Source: an uncultured Ectothiorhodospiraceae bacterium
GTDB taxonomy: Bacteria > Pseudomonadota > Gammaproteobacteria > SZUA-152
NCBI GenBank assembly: GCA_964645165.1
Contig: CAZXZI010000001.1
Span: 1,477-65,476, forward strand
Length of the DNA stretch: 64,000 nt
Direction: 5' to 3'
Shown here piece after piece: positions 9,392 to 19,965 of this stretch (position 1 is its first letter; every line of letters begins with the position of its first letter). The notes beneath the pieces are model-generated. The model saw only the letters and a program-made list of their open reading frames with translations, made no database searches and was not told the DNA's origin. The position numbers were made by a program, and so were the translations under genes.

Positions 9392-11371
9392 TCAGCGTTT
9401 CTTTCGCACCACATTGCGGGTTAAGTCGATTAACCGATTCCAGGCGATGGGTTTGGTCAGTGAGTCCAGCGCACCCACGTCCAGTGCCATCGGTTTATTC
9501 TCCACAATGCTCACCATGATCACGGGAATATCTTTTAATTCTGGATCATCTTTCAATGTTTTGAGAACCGCCCAACCATCCATCTCCGGCATCATAATAT
9601 CCAGGGTGATCAAATCCGGTCGGAGTTTTCGCGCCAGATCAATTCCCATTTTTCCACTTGCTGCCGAAACGGGGCGAAAACCTTCACGCTGATATACGCG
9701 CGCCATTAAATCCAGCACATTGGGGTCATCGTCGATGGTTAATACGGTAGCAACCTTTGTGCGTCGTTCATTACCGTGCAATTGCTGCATCACACCATCA
9801 GGAATACGAAGATTTACTGGATCGATATTTTTTTTACTCAGCGTGGCCACTTCTCTTGGCAGGGTCTTTGTGTCCAGCACTTCCAGTGGTAACCACACAC
9901 TAAAAGTCGACCCTTTCCCTACGGCACTGGCAACGCGAATATGTCCCTGCATCATGTCACACAGTCGGCGGCACAAAGCCAAACCCAATCCCGTACCACC
10001 ATATTTTCGCGTGGTTGACACATCGGCTTGCTGGAATGGAATAAACAGATGGTCAATATCATCCATATCCATGCCAATACCTGAATCAATAACGTTGATT
10101 TCCATGCCATCAATATCATTTTTCGCTTTCTGATTTGCGGCAATCACAATCTGCCCGTGGTCAGTAAACTTAATAGCATTACTCAACAGGTTGTACAAAA
10201 TTTGTCGTACTTTGGTGACATCCGCCCGCATCACTGGGATCGTATTCACACCTTCAACATGAATCATGTTGCTGTTTTTTAACATCATCGGCTGCACCAT
10301 TTTCACCACGGCATCAACCAGGTGAGACAAATCAAAGGCCTCTAAATGAAGCCCCATTTTACCGGCTTCAATCTTCGACAGATCCAGTACTTCATTAATC
10401 AGTTCCAGCAGGTGTCGTCCAGCAAACTGAATCTTTTCCAGGTCGGCCACATAGTCCGGATGCTCATTACTGCGCACCTCTTCTTCCAAAATCTCGCTGT
10501 AGCCGATAATGGCATTCAACGGCGTACGCAGTTCGTGGCTCATGTTAGCCAAGAATACGCTTTTGGCATGATTGGCCTCCATGGCCTGATCACGTACCTT
10601 GACCAATTCAACTTCAGCATCTTTACGACGTTCCATTTCCTGTTCCAACGCATCGTTGGAGGATGTCACATCGTCAAGATGCGTCATCACGTTTCCCAAC
10701 TGCTGAAATTCAGTAGCTACCCACCAGGGAACAGTAAACGCTTTGCCATTGCCGCGTTGAGTCAGATGTTGCTGAATATGTTTTAACGGCTGGCTGATTA
10801 GCAGGCGAATCCACAAACCCAACACTGCAGCGGTAAATAACATGGTCAGAAAAATATTTGCGCGCACATCAGCCACGTCTTTTTCCACCATTAGTTTGGT
10901 CTGCCCAGCATCCCATCCCGCATTTAGCTCACCCATTAATTGCGGGCCGTTGCGGATTTTTGCATTCAGCATCACCAGATTATCGGTGTCCGCACCGGGG
11001 CGATACCACGCCGCCAGTTGCTTGGCCTGTGGATCAAGAATTTCCACGCGGTCAATATCGGGCATTAAGGTGGTGAGTTTTTCCAGCAGTGCATTTAATG
11101 GCTGCTCCGCCGATGCGGGTTTCGCCAATTCTTCAGCCGCACGATCGCGCACCAGCGCCAGCTGCTGTTCCACCTGCCTTTGGGCTCGCTCAAACAAATG
11201 AGCAGATTCTGTATCGCGAATCATCCCACCAGCCACATAAGCCACCACGCTGGTGAGCACCAGCAATGTGCTCACCAATTGTACCCACAGCGGCATGGCC
11301 CAGGGACTCAAACGAACGGCATTGCGAGCAGGCAATGATGTATCAATTGTGGGAGGCGATTGTTTGTTCAA
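9392..11371 (-). CDS. Hybrid sensor histidine kinase (TM - periplasmic domain - TM - HisKA - HATPase_c - C-terminal receiver)
   Basis: H-box [22 protein letters not shown]-boxes IDSGIGMD and [13 protein letters not shown]. Receiver [14 protein letters not shown]...[11 protein letters not shown]...IPVIMVS. No separate cognate RR gene adjacent. Confidence 0.85.
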   Translation of the reverse strand: MNKQSPPTIDTSLPARNAVRLSPWAMPLWVQLVSTLLVLTSVVAYVAGGMIRDTESAHLFERAQRQVEQQLALVRDRAAEELAKPASAEQPLNALLEKLTTLMPDIDRVEILDPQAKQLAAWYRPGADTDNLVMLNAKIRNGPQLMGELNAGWDAGQTKLMVEKDVADVRANIFLTMLFTAAVLGLWIRLLISQPLKHIQQHLTQRGNGKAFTVPWWVATEFQQLGNVMTHLDDVTSSNDALEQEMERRKDAEVELVKVRDQAMEANHAKSVFLANMSHELRTPLNAIIGYSEILEEEVRSNEHPDYVADLEKIQFAGRHLLELINEVLDLSKIEAGKMGLHLEAFDLSHLVDAVVKMVQPMMLKNSNMIHVEGVNTIPVMRADVTKVRQILYNLLSNAIKFTDHGQIVIAANQKAKNDIDGMEINVIDSGIGMDMDDIDHLFIPFQQADVSTTRKYGGTGLGLALCRRLCDMMQGHIRVASAVGKGSTFSVWLPLEVLDTKTLPREVATLSKKNIDPVNLRIPDGVMQQLHGNERRTKVATVLTIDDDPNVLDLMARVYQREGFRPVSAASGKMGIDLARKLRPDLITLDIMMPEMDGWAVLKTLKDDPELKDIPVIMVSIVENKPMALDVGALDSLTKPIAWNRLIDLTRNVVRKKR

Positions 11372-11644
11372 AAATTCAATCCATCAACGAATAGTCGGCA
11401 TCCGGTTGCCACCGGCTACAGAGGTTAACGGACTGCCAATGTCGTGCTTTAGGCTTGGTTTCAGTGTGGAAAGCATTTAAGGGGCTATTTGGCGACCCCA
11501 TGGGTAAACAAGCCGCGCCTGTCGGCCGATAACTCATCATCATGTTCACAGCCTGCCCTTCAAGACACAGCGAATCTACGGTAGAATTCGCCGCCTTTCT
11601 GCGGCGTTACACCCGCCGTCTCAGTCCCAGCACCCGAGGTCCCC

Positions 11645-13174
11645 ATGTTTGAGCCCCACGCCGCACCGCAGCGCAATATCAAAAACGATGTTTTATCCGG
11701 CCTCACCGTCGCCCTGGCCTTGGTGCCCGAGGCCGTGGCCTTTGCCTTCGTCGCTGGCGTAGAGCCACTGGTGGGGTTGTATGCCGCCTTTATGGTGGGG
11801 CTGATTACTGCGGCCATTGGCGGACGTCCGGGGATGATTTCCGGCGCAACTGGCGCACTGGCGGTAGTGATGGTGGCGCTGGTGGCCGATCACGGTGTGG
11901 AATACCTATTTGCCACCGTGGTGCTGATGGGCATCATCCAGATCGCTTTCGGCGTACTGCATTTAGGCAAATTTATCCGTATTGTGCCGCATCCGGTCAT
12001 GCTGGGTTTTGTCAACGGATTAGCCATCGTGATCTTTCTCGCGCAGCTCAAAAGTTTCCACGTGCCCAGTGTCGGTGGCGGTACGGAATGGATGAGCGGT
12101 TCGACCTTGTGGGTAATGCTGGGACTCATTGCGTTGACCATGGCCATCATCCAGTTTCTGCCCAAGCTCACCACCGCCGTGCCTTCCTCGCTGGCGGCTA
12201 TCGCCGTCGTCAGCCTGTTGGTAATCGGCGTGGGGCTGGATACCAAGACTGTGGGCGACGTGGCCTCCATCGCCGGTGGTCTGCCGGATTTCCACCTTCC
12301 CATGGTGCCGTTTTCCCTGGAAACCCTGTGGATCATCCTGCCCTACGCCTTCATCCTCGCCGCCATCGGTCTGATTGAATCTTTGCTGACGCTTACCCTG
12401 ATCGACGAGCTCACCCAGACACGTGGCCGCGGTAATCGCGAATGTATCGCCCAGGGCAGCGCCAACATCGTCACCGGCTTTTTTGGCGGCATGGGTGGCT
12501 GCGCGATGATCGGCCAAAGCATAATCAACGTGAATTCCGGCGGTCGCGGGCGTTTGTCGGGCATCACTGCCGCGCTGGCCTTGCTAGCGTTCATCCTGTT
12601 CGCCTCCGACCTCATTGAGCAGATTCCCATTGCGGCATTAGTCGGCGTGATGTTCATCGTGGTGATCGGCACCTTTGAATGGTCAAGCTTCCGCATTCTC
12701 AAAAAGGTGCCACCTGCTGACGCCTTTATTTTGATCCTGGTGTCGGGTGTCACCGTGGCCACGGATCTGGCCATTGCCGTGGTGGTGGGCGTTATCGTCT
12801 CTGCATTGGTGTTTGCCTGGGAGCATGCAAAGCACCTGCAGGTCACCAGCTTTACCAACAACATGGGCGGCAAGGTTTACGAATTGCATGGCCCCCTGTT
12901 TTTTGCCTCGGTGAAAAACTTCGCTGAACTGTTCGACGTGCGTAACGACCCAGACGACGTAGTAGTGGAATTTAAACATTCCCGCGTTTACGACCACTCC
13001 GCCATCGAGGCCATCGATGCGTTGGCCGAGCGCTATTTAAAAGCCAACAAACGTCTGCACCTGCGGCACATCAGCCCAGAGTGCCAGGCGTTGCTCACCA
13101 AAGCCGGTGATTTAGTCGAAGTGAATGTGATCGAAGACCCACAATATCACGTGGCTGAAGATCAACTAGCGTAA
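11645..13174 (+). CDS. SulP-family anion permease with C-terminal STAS domain
   Basis: N-terminal [24 protein letters not shown] is the SulP signature region. Multiple TM helices. C-terminal STAS-like [16 protein letters not shown]. Confidence 0.85.
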   Translation: MFEPHAAPQRNIKNDVLSGLTVALALVPEAVAFAFVAGVEPLVGLYAAFMVGLITAAIGGRPGMISGATGALAVVMVALVADHGVEYLFATVVLMGIIQIAFGVLHLGKFIRIVPHPVMLGFVNGLAIVIFLAQLKSFHVPSVGGGTEWMSGSTLWVMLGLIALTMAIIQFLPKLTTAVPSSLAAIAVVSLLVIGVGLDTKTVGDVASIAGGLPDFHLPMVPFSLETLWIILPYAFILAAIGLIESLLTLTLIDELTQTRGRGNRECIAQGSANIVTGFFGGMGGCAMIGQSIINVNSGGRGRLSGITAALALLAFILFASDLIEQIPIAALVGVMFIVVIGTFEWSSFRILKKVPPADAFILILVSGVTVATDLAIAVVVGVIVSALVFAWEHAKHLQVTSFTNNMGGKVYELHGPLFFASVKNFAELFDVRNDPDDVVVEFKHSRVYDHSAIEAIDALAERYLKANKRLHLRHISPECQALLTKAGDLVEVNVIEDPQYHVAEDQLA

Positions 13175-13189
13175 AAAAGGGACGAGTGA

Positions 13190-13250
13190 CTAGGGGCGAG
13201 GAACGAGGGAAAACAGCCGTTGTTTTTTCTAGGTACTCGTCACTCGTCAC
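13190..13250. terminator. Imperfect long hairpin with an internal T-tract between the convergent SulP and nadC genes (candidate bidirectional terminator)
   Basis: gacgagtgactagg ... gttgttttttctaggtactcgtcactcgtc is an inverted repeat flanking the T-run. Confidence 0.4.
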
Positions 13251-14124
13251 TGTCAAAGCGCATGGATAAATCCACCGCGCGCACGTCTTTGGTAAGACTG
13301 CCCACGGAAATAAAATCCACACCGGTTTGCGCAATGTCACGCACGCTGTCGAGCGAAACGCCGCCGGAGGCCTCCAGTTTTGCACAACCATTGTGTTGTT
13401 CCCGGTTGAGCGCCACCGCCTCCCGCAGGGTCGCCAAGCCCATGTTATCCAGCAGCAGCGTATCGGCACCGGCGCTGAGTGCCTGTTGCACTTCATCCAA
13501 AGTTTCCACTTCCACTTCGACCTTCAACGCGGCCTGTAGCGCTCGAGCGGCCGCCACGGCAGCGGCAATGGAACCGGCAGCGAAAATGTGGTTTTCCTTG
13601 ATGAGAAAGGCATCAAATAGCCCCATACGATGATTGCTCCCGCCACCGCAGACCACCGCATATTTCTGCGCTGTGCGCAGACCCGGCAGAGTTTTACGGG
13701 TATCGAGAATCACTGTGCCAGTGTCACGAATGGCATCCACAAACGCATGTGTCTGTGTGGCGGTGGCGGAAAGCGTCTGTAGAAAATTCAGTGCGCTACG
13801 TTCACCCGTGAGCAAAGCACGCGCGTTGCCACTCAGTGTGCAAAGAACCTGATCGGGCCGCAGGGTGTCCCCATCACTCACCTGCCAATTTATGCTTATG
13901 CCCTTGTCCAGTTGGCCGAAGACTTCATCAAACCAGGCCGTACCACAAAGCACCGCATCCTCGCGGCTAATGACGTTCGCCTCGGATTGCGCATCGGCCG
14001 GAATCAACGCGGCACTAATGTCACCGCTGCCGATATCCTCCAGCAACGCCGCCCGCACCATGGCCGCCAGATCATTGGGCAACTCAGGCATCAAACCGTC
14101 CACTGCATGCAGATTCACACGCAA
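13240..14124 (-). CDS. nadC: Nicotinate-nucleotide pyrophosphorylase (carboxylating), i.e. quinolinate phosphoribosyltransferase
   Basis: 294 aa. Conserved QPRTase blocks ...LLDNMGL..., EASGGVSLDSVRDIAQTGVDFISVGSLT. The start may be the internal MPELP. Confidence 0.85.
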   Translation of the reverse strand: MRVNLHAVDGLMPELPNDLAAMVRAALLEDIGSGDISAALIPADAQSEANVISREDAVLCGTAWFDEVFGQLDKGISINWQVSDGDTLRPDQVLCTLSGNARALLTGERSALNFLQTLSATATQTHAFVDAIRDTGTVILDTRKTLPGLRTAQKYAVVCGGGSNHRMGLFDAFLIKENHIFAAGSIAAAVAAARALQAALKVEVEVETLDEVQQALSAGADTLLLDNMGLATLREAVALNREQHNGCAKLEASGGVSLDSVRDIAQTGVDFISVGSLTKDVRAVDLSMRFDSDE

Positions 14125-14434
14125 ATCGTTGGATAACTTTTTTTATAGCCATTTTCTGTTTTGAATTACTCACGTCACGAGCCCTCCAGCCAAGTTGAAT
14201 GGAGACTAAAGCGGCAAATAGTAGAGGCTTCACGGTTACCACACAAGCTACACCTCCCGAGAAGACTCGTTGCGCAATGCCAGGCTAGCCATTTGTTTTA
14301 TTTCAGAAATTGTCCACACGAGCCGAAATAACAAAGATACAGACGGTTTATCCCGGGGCTTACCAAAAATTGCCGGGGATCCCCGTAAGTCTTTGATTAT
14401 TTTATGTAGAAATTAATTCTTTGTGGAGAACAGA

Positions 14435-15469
14435 ATGATGCGCATACGTTGCCTAACCGTTCAAAAGTACGCCCACTCGATGTTGTTACTACCATTGCTG
14501 CTCTGGAGTGGCGCTACGCTGGCCGCCGAGCATGACCCTGCGGCCATGCATTCTCACGTGGCCACGTTTAGTGATCCCACCGTGTTAGTGGAGGTGCCGG
14601 ATGGCTGGGAATCCAGACCCATTAAACACCTGGCCAAACACCAGGATGCTGATTTGGTGGTCGCTCTGGGTCAGCAAAGTTATCCCCTGTTCCATGATCT
14701 GATCCCCAAGTACGCCAAGGCGCACAACCTTAAAATTGTGGTTGAACCGGGTACCTGCGGCATCACCTCCGGACGATTGTTAAAAAAGAAAGTGGATGTG
14801 GGAGCTTATTGTTGCCCGCCGGGAAAAAGTGACCGTCTACCTAATCTGAAATTCTATTCCCTGGGCATTTCGCCCATCGCCTTGATCGTGAATCCGCGCA
14901 ACCCACTGCAAAACGTTACCTCAAAACAGGCCAAACAAATTTTCAATGGTGAAATATCACGTTGGTCAGAGATATCGCCGGGCAATGATCAGCTCATCAA
15001 ACCCGTGGGTCGGCTGCATTGTAAAACGCGCCCGGGACATTGGCGTTCATTATTAAAAACGGAAGATGACTTCAGCCCGCGACTGTTCGAAGTGGGCGTT
15101 ATCCCCGACATGATGTCTCAGGTCTCACGCAGCGCCAGTAGCATTGGCTGGGAAACGCCGATGATGGTGGACTATCATCAAAAACGCGGTGGCGTGAAAA
15201 TGCTGAATATCGACGGACATTCGCCCACCGACATCGATTTTGTGGTCACTGGAAAATATCCTCTGTATCGCAGCTACAGCCTCACCGCCTGGACGGAAAA
15301 AAGTAAAATCAACGATGAAGCCATAAAACTGATTCAGTATCTGCGCGCGTACATCGAAAAACATCACGAAGAAATCAACTTCATCCCTGTTTCTCACCTG
15401 CGTGAGGCCGGTTGGAAATTTCAGGGCGATGAACTTGTTGGCGAGCCAGAAAAAATCAGCAGGCAATGA
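14435..15469 (+). CDS. Periplasmic substrate-binding protein of the PstS/phosphate-binding-like (PBP-like-2) family
   Basis: Signal peptide MLLLPLLLWSGATLAAEH. The block ISPIALIVNPRNPLQNVTSKQAKQIFNGEISRWSEI matches phosphate-binding-protein-type domains. Start at an ATGATG preceded by GGAGA. Alternative starts at 14423 or 14480. Confidence 0.6.
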   Translation: MMRIRCLTVQKYAHSMLLLPLLLWSGATLAAEHDPAAMHSHVATFSDPTVLVEVPDGWESRPIKHLAKHQDADLVVALGQQSYPLFHDLIPKYAKAHNLKIVVEPGTCGITSGRLLKKKVDVGAYCCPPGKSDRLPNLKFYSLGISPIALIVNPRNPLQNVTSKQAKQIFNGEISRWSEISPGNDQLIKPVGRLHCKTRPGHWRSLLKTEDDFSPRLFEVGVIPDMMSQVSRSASSIGWETPMMVDYHQKRGGVKMLNIDGHSPTDIDFVVTGKYPLYRSYSLTAWTEKSKINDEAIKLIQYLRAYIEKHHEEINFIPVSHLREAGWKFQGDELVGEPEKISRQ

Positions 15470-15501
15470 ATCATCACGATCACTAAGTCAGGTATCACCC
15501 G

Positions 15502-17883
15502 GTGTTACTGAAAAAATATTCGCTCACACTAAAAATGTTGGTGCTCACCGCCGTGGTGGGCAGCATCGTGTGGGCCGTTTCTGATGCTATTCAAAGCAGC
15601 AATTTGAATAACGTCTTTCGTGAAAAACTCACCGACCGCCTAAGCCGGCAGGCGGAAAAGCAGCGCATTATGTTTGACCGTTATGTCAAAGGCCATCATA
15701 CCGCCGTCAAACTATTTGTGACCACCGTCAATGCCCGTGATTACATCGCCAACACCGACTGGAACAAAGCCTCGGAAATAAAAAAATATTACCGCCCACC
15801 GCCTTGGGTACCGCGACTCTCTGTGCTGCGTAACTTTGTACAGCCCCGCTACCTGCTACTGCTGGATAAAAACGATCAGCTGCGAGAAGTTTATCAAGCC
15901 AGCAAAGAAAAGTTACCTGCCAGATTGATGCGCCCAAGCCCAATGCTCTTGCGCCTGAGTCACGGCCAGGGTTTCTTAACCACCATTGACGGTGCACCCT
16001 ATTTAATTGCTTCCGCAGGCATTAAAAACCAACAGGGAGAAAATGGTGCCACGCTAATGCTAGCCTCCCCATTGGATGAACAATTTCTTAATGCCTCACA
16101 GGGTTCTTCCCTCTCAGATACGAACGTGATCGCTCTGCTGGCAGAACAAGAGGATGTCATTCTCATTAGCAGTAATTCATCACTGATTTCCCCCGGCGAA
16201 CGTTTGAGCGATCTGAAAAGTAATTATTTAACCATCGGCCAGGGATTTTTCGATTACGGTGCTACCGATATTATTATTGAGCTGGTTTCGTTTGTTTCTA
16301 CCGATGAAATAAAACTGCTCACCAAAGAAGTGATCAGCGAAGAGCGCACCGTACGCGCACTGACCGCACTATCATTTATCGGCTCTTTCGTATTTCTCAT
16401 GTACTTCGTCACCCGCCGCCTGCAAAAATTTACCAGCTATGTCGTTCGCTTTTCACGCAATATCAAACAAGACGAACCGATGGAAGAAACCAGTGGAGAT
16501 GAAATTGATATTCTCGAACACAGTTTTAATTGCCTGGCAAAAGCGGTGGAATCGGAAACGGCCGCCCTGGAACACCAGGCCCTGCATGACCCACTCACCG
16601 ACCTACCTAACCGCAAATTGCTGAACAATCGTCTGCAACAGGAAATCTTGCGCAGTGCCCGCAGCCAAAAACCGCTGGTGCTAATCATGACTGATCTTGA
16701 TCACTTTAAAGAGATTAACGATACGCTGGGCCATCACGTTGGGGACATCGTTTTACAACAGGCTTCCATTCGCCTGTTTCGCACCTTCCGCAGAACTGAT
16801 AGCGTGGCACGCCTCGGTGGTGATGAGTTTGGCATTCTGTTGCCTGAAACCACGCTGAAACAGGCCAAGGCCATCGCCCAAAAAGCCGTTGAAGCGTTTG
16901 AAATTCCCTTCGTAGTTGAGGGCAACAGCTTAAGCCTGGGCATCAGCATGGGCTTAACGGAAAGCCCGTTGCATGGTGATGATGTGAATATTCTGGTGCA
17001 GCGCGCTGACATCGCCATGTATCTGGCAAAGCGTACTAACCTTGGCTTCAGCGTTTACGACCCGAGTCAGGACACACACAGCGTTGGCCGTTTGGCGCTA
17101 ATGACCGATCTACGCACCGCCATCGAAAACCAGTCACTGGAACTTGCCTACCAACCCAAAGTGGATGTTTCCACAAAAGCGCTGCTGGGCGCCGAGGCTC
17201 TGCTCCGTTGGAATCATCCGCAACGGGGTTACATTCAACCCGATGAATTTATCCCCCTAGCCGAGCAAACCGGCCTGATCAAGCCCATTACCACCTGGGT
17301 GCTGGATACGGCGGTGCGGCAATGTATGGAATGGCGAAAGACCTGGCCCAACTTTAATATGTCGGTGAATCTGTCCGTGCAAAGCCTGCACGATGTGGCC
17401 ATGCTCAATCAGGTGCGCAGCCTATTAAAAGATGACGCGATTCCCGCCTCGTGTTTAACCATGGAAATCACCGAAAGCGATATCATGACGGATCCCATTC
17501 GCGCCCGGGAGACCCTCGAATCATTGCACATGATGGGCATCACTCTGTCCATCGACGACTTTGGCACCGGCTATTCCTCCCTGAGTTATCTCAAGCAGCT
17601 GCCCGTGGACGAAATCAAGATCGACAAATCTTTTGTGATGGAAATGATTGAGGATGAAAACGATGCAGTGATCGTGCGCGCCACCATCGACCTCGCGCAC
17701 AATCTGGGTTTACGGACGGTGGCGGAAGGGGTGACCAGTCAGGAGATCTGGGGCTATCTCGAATTCCTGCACTGCGACATCGCACAAGGTTATTTTATTG
17801 CCCGGCCATTAAAAGCCACCGAATTCATGCAGAAGATGCTGGCCAACGACTGGATGGAATGTCTCTCGGCTGAAGTCGGTTAA
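15502..17883 (+). CDS. Membrane-bound GGDEF-EAL protein (diguanylate cyclase / c-di-GMP phosphodiesterase) with an N-terminal periplasmic sensor domain of about 270 aa
   Basis: TM1 LKMLVLTAVVGSIVWAV, TM2 ALSFIGSFVFLMYFV. GGDEF motif RLGGDEFGILL. EAL motif EALLRWNHPQRG. Also DDFGTGYSSLSYL and EGVTSQE blocks. Confidence 0.85.
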   Translation: MLLKKYSLTLKMLVLTAVVGSIVWAVSDAIQSSNLNNVFREKLTDRLSRQAEKQRIMFDRYVKGHHTAVKLFVTTVNARDYIANTDWNKASEIKKYYRPPPWVPRLSVLRNFVQPRYLLLLDKNDQLREVYQASKEKLPARLMRPSPMLLRLSHGQGFLTTIDGAPYLIASAGIKNQQGENGATLMLASPLDEQFLNASQGSSLSDTNVIALLAEQEDVILISSNSSLISPGERLSDLKSNYLTIGQGFFDYGATDIIIELVSFVSTDEIKLLTKEVISEERTVRALTALSFIGSFVFLMYFVTRRLQKFTSYVVRFSRNIKQDEPMEETSGDEIDILEHSFNCLAKAVESETAALEHQALHDPLTDLPNRKLLNNRLQQEILRSARSQKPLVLIMTDLDHFKEINDTLGHHVGDIVLQQASIRLFRTFRRTDSVARLGGDEFGILLPETTLKQAKAIAQKAVEAFEIPFVVEGNSLSLGISMGLTESPLHGDDVNILVQRADIAMYLAKRTNLGFSVYDPSQDTHSVGRLALMTDLRTAIENQSLELAYQPKVDVSTKALLGAEALLRWNHPQRGYIQPDEFIPLAEQTGLIKPITTWVLDTAVRQCMEWRKTWPNFNMSVNLSVQSLHDVAMLNQVRSLLKDDAIPASCLTMEITESDIMTDPIRARETLESLHMMGITLSIDDFGTGYSSLSYLKQLPVDEIKIDKSFVMEMIEDENDAVIVRATIDLAHNLGLRTVAEGVTSQEIWGYLEFLHCDIAQGYFIARPLKATEFMQKMLANDWMECLSAEVG

Positions 17884-18003
17884 ACCGCACTCACCGATCC
17901 TCCGGCAAAAACCGAGAACCCGCGCACAAGCCTGAGCCACCCAAGCTATCCGCAAAACAACCGTCTGTGCTAGACTCGGTGCCGAATTCAAAGAGGACAG
18001 ACA

Positions 18004-18417
18004 ATGAGACAACTTTCCATTCTGGCGTTCGCCGCCGCACTGCTCGGCCTCGTTGGCTGTTCAGACTCAACCGATAAACAGGCCACTGCGCAGCAAGCCA
18101 CCCCCGCACCCGCCAGCCAACAGACTCCGGCCGGCCATCCACTAAATCCCCAACAGCAGGCCGCAGTTAACGCCGCCAAGGGTCTGCCTAAGCAAGGTAC
18201 CGTCAAAGAAATGATGCACGCCGCCGGTTACACCTACATGCACGTCGATACCGGCAACGGTGACCCCGTCTGGATCGCCGCCACCATGATGCGCGTTAAA
18301 CCCGAGCAGAAAGTACAATGGGCCGACGCAGCGGTAATGCGCAACTTCAAAAGCTCCAGCCTGCACCGTACCTTTCCCGAAATTCTGTTTGTGTCCAACG
18401 CCTCTGTGGTTCAGTAG
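18004..18417 (+). CDS. Lipoprotein, function unknown
   Basis: Signal with lipobox LLGLVGC-S. Gln/Ala/Pro-rich linker. Confidence 0.5.
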   Translation: MRQLSILAFAAALLGLVGCSDSTDKQATAQQATPAPASQQTPAGHPLNPQQQAAVNAAKGLPKQGTVKEMMHAAGYTYMHVDTGNGDPVWIAATMMRVKPEQKVQWADAAVMRNFKSSSLHRTFPEILFVSNASVVQ

Positions 18418-18430
18418 GTCGACGACAACA

Positions 18431-18465
18431 CAAAAAAAGGAGCCTTCTGAAGGCTCCTTTTTTTA
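18431..18465 (+). terminator. Rho-independent terminator
   Basis: aaaaaaGGAGCCTTCtgaaGGCTCCttttttt: perfect 7-bp stem plus T-run, flanked by an A-run (bidirectional). Confidence 0.8.
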
Positions 18466-18494
18466 TGCCCGAAATATCGCGGCCGACGCTACCT

Positions 18495-18818
18495 TCAGCG
18501 GTCTTGCAACACGGCCAGCCGGGCACGTAGTTCATTTACCTCATCGAGCAATTCGAGCACCAGGGCGATCCCCGCGGCATTAATATTGAGATCCTCCTGT
18601 AGACGCAGGGCGCGTTGCGCACGCCGCAGGCTAATCGCCGAAAACTGCCACGCCATCACCTCCTGCCCCTGAGGTTCGAGGATGCCGTATTCGACATATT
18701 CGGCGATGAGCTCGGCATGCACCCCACAGGCACGGCACAGCTCGGCCACACTGAGGGTGGCGCTTTCGTCTTCCAGCACCGTGCCGCTTATAATCGTCAA
18801 CGAATCCGTCATGCTCAT
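18495..18818 (-). CDS. cbpM: Chaperone modulator CbpM (MerR-like)
   Basis: 107 aa immediately downstream of the DnaJ-like cbpA, with a 4-nt overlap. Pattern similar to E. coli CbpM: LSVAELCRACGV...GILEP...W.F..IS..RAQRALRLQEDL. Confidence 0.65.
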   Translation of the reverse strand: MSMTDSLTIISGTVLEDESATLSVAELCRACGVHAELIAEYVEYGILEPQGQEVMAWQFSAISLRRAQRALRLQEDLNINAAGIALVLELLDEVNELRARLAVLQDR

Positions 18819-19771
18819 ACTCCCAGATGTGGGCGTGGATTAAAGGCCAGTGTTTCCTGCATCTCTGCATAGACCTGCTTGGCGGCATCAGTATCCGCTG
18901 GCGGCAACGCTACCTGCAACACCACGTACAGATCACCGGGATGCTTGCCGGGCAGGCCTCGCCCCTTGAGGCGCATCTTTTTGCCCGTGTTTGATCCCGC
19001 CGGAATCTTCAGATCCACCGTACCCTGCGCGGTGGGCACCTTGACGCTGGCGCCCAGCGCCGCCTCCCAGGGGGCGACGGGCAGATCCAGGTACAGGTCA
19101 CCGCCCTCCACACGATACCAACGGTGCGGCCGGAATTCGACCTCCAAATAGAGATCACCCGCCGTTCCACCGCCGCCGCCCGGCTCGCCCTGTCCGGAAA
19201 GACGAATATGCTGGCCGGGATGGATGCCCTTGGGAATGCGCACATTGAGGGTGCGTTCGCGAGTAGTGACGTGACCTTCCTTCGTGAGCTCAGGAATGCG
19301 CAGGCTCACCTGCCGACTGCGACCCTCGATGGCATCTTCGAGATCGATAAGAATCTTCGCGTGGCGGTCTTCGCCGCGCATTTTGCCGCGACCGCGGGGA
19401 GCACGATACTGGCCGGCATGGGCGCCCTGCGCACCCCCAAATAGCGATTCAAAAAAATCACTGAAATTTTCCGCGTCGGCACCGGTAAAGCCGCCGCCGC
19501 TGAATTCAAACCCGGCATCCCAATCGGGCGGTGGATTAAAATCCTGCCCCGCCTGCCACTGGCTACCCAGCTGATCGTAGGCCGCACGCTTCTCCGGATC
19601 CTTGAGCACCTCGTAAGCCTCGCCCACGGCCTTGAATTTTTCTTCCGCCTCCGACTCTTTGCTCACGTCCGGGTGATACTTGCGCGCCAGCTTGCGGTAT
19701 GCCCGCTTGATTTCATCCTGGGTGGCATCACGCGCTACGCCCATAAGCTCATAATAATCTTTGAATTCCAT
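18815..19771 (-). CDS. cbpA: Curved-DNA-binding protein CbpA (DnaJ-like co-chaperone)
   Basis: J-domain DYYELMGVARDATQDEIKRAYRKLARKYHPDV with the HPD motif. C-terminal DnaJ-type substrate-binding domain. No zinc finger, so CbpA-type. Confidence 0.8.
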   Translation of the reverse strand: MEFKDYYELMGVARDATQDEIKRAYRKLARKYHPDVSKESEAEEKFKAVGEAYEVLKDPEKRAAYDQLGSQWQAGQDFNPPPDWDAGFEFSGGGFTGADAENFSDFFESLFGGAQGAHAGQYRAPRGRGKMRGEDRHAKILIDLEDAIEGRSRQVSLRIPELTKEGHVTTRERTLNVRIPKGIHPGQHIRLSGQGEPGGGGGTAGDLYLEVEFRPHRWYRVEGGDLYLDLPVAPWEAALGASVKVPTAQGTVDLKIPAGSNTGKKMRLKGRGLPGKHPGDLYVVLQVALPPADTDAAKQVYAEMQETLAFNPRPHLGV

Positions 19772-19965
19772 AAGCTAAACCTTAACCTCCCGCACATCTG
19801 CCGCTGACGACTACCGATGAAAATAAAATCTACACTACAATGAGTCATATCCTACGGTACTAGCAGACCCAACATGTACAGGATGTGGGGATGATTTTAA
19901 AAAAGTGCAATACGTTATTGGTTAAGATTGCTGAAAATAAAAGGAGAATGCCAACATTAATACTT

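Noticed and set aside
11890-12873. Chain of minus-strand ORFs (148, 165, 176, 104 aa) inside the SulP gene
   Set aside because: They are antisense to a gene with clear SulP/STAS motifs. No domain features.
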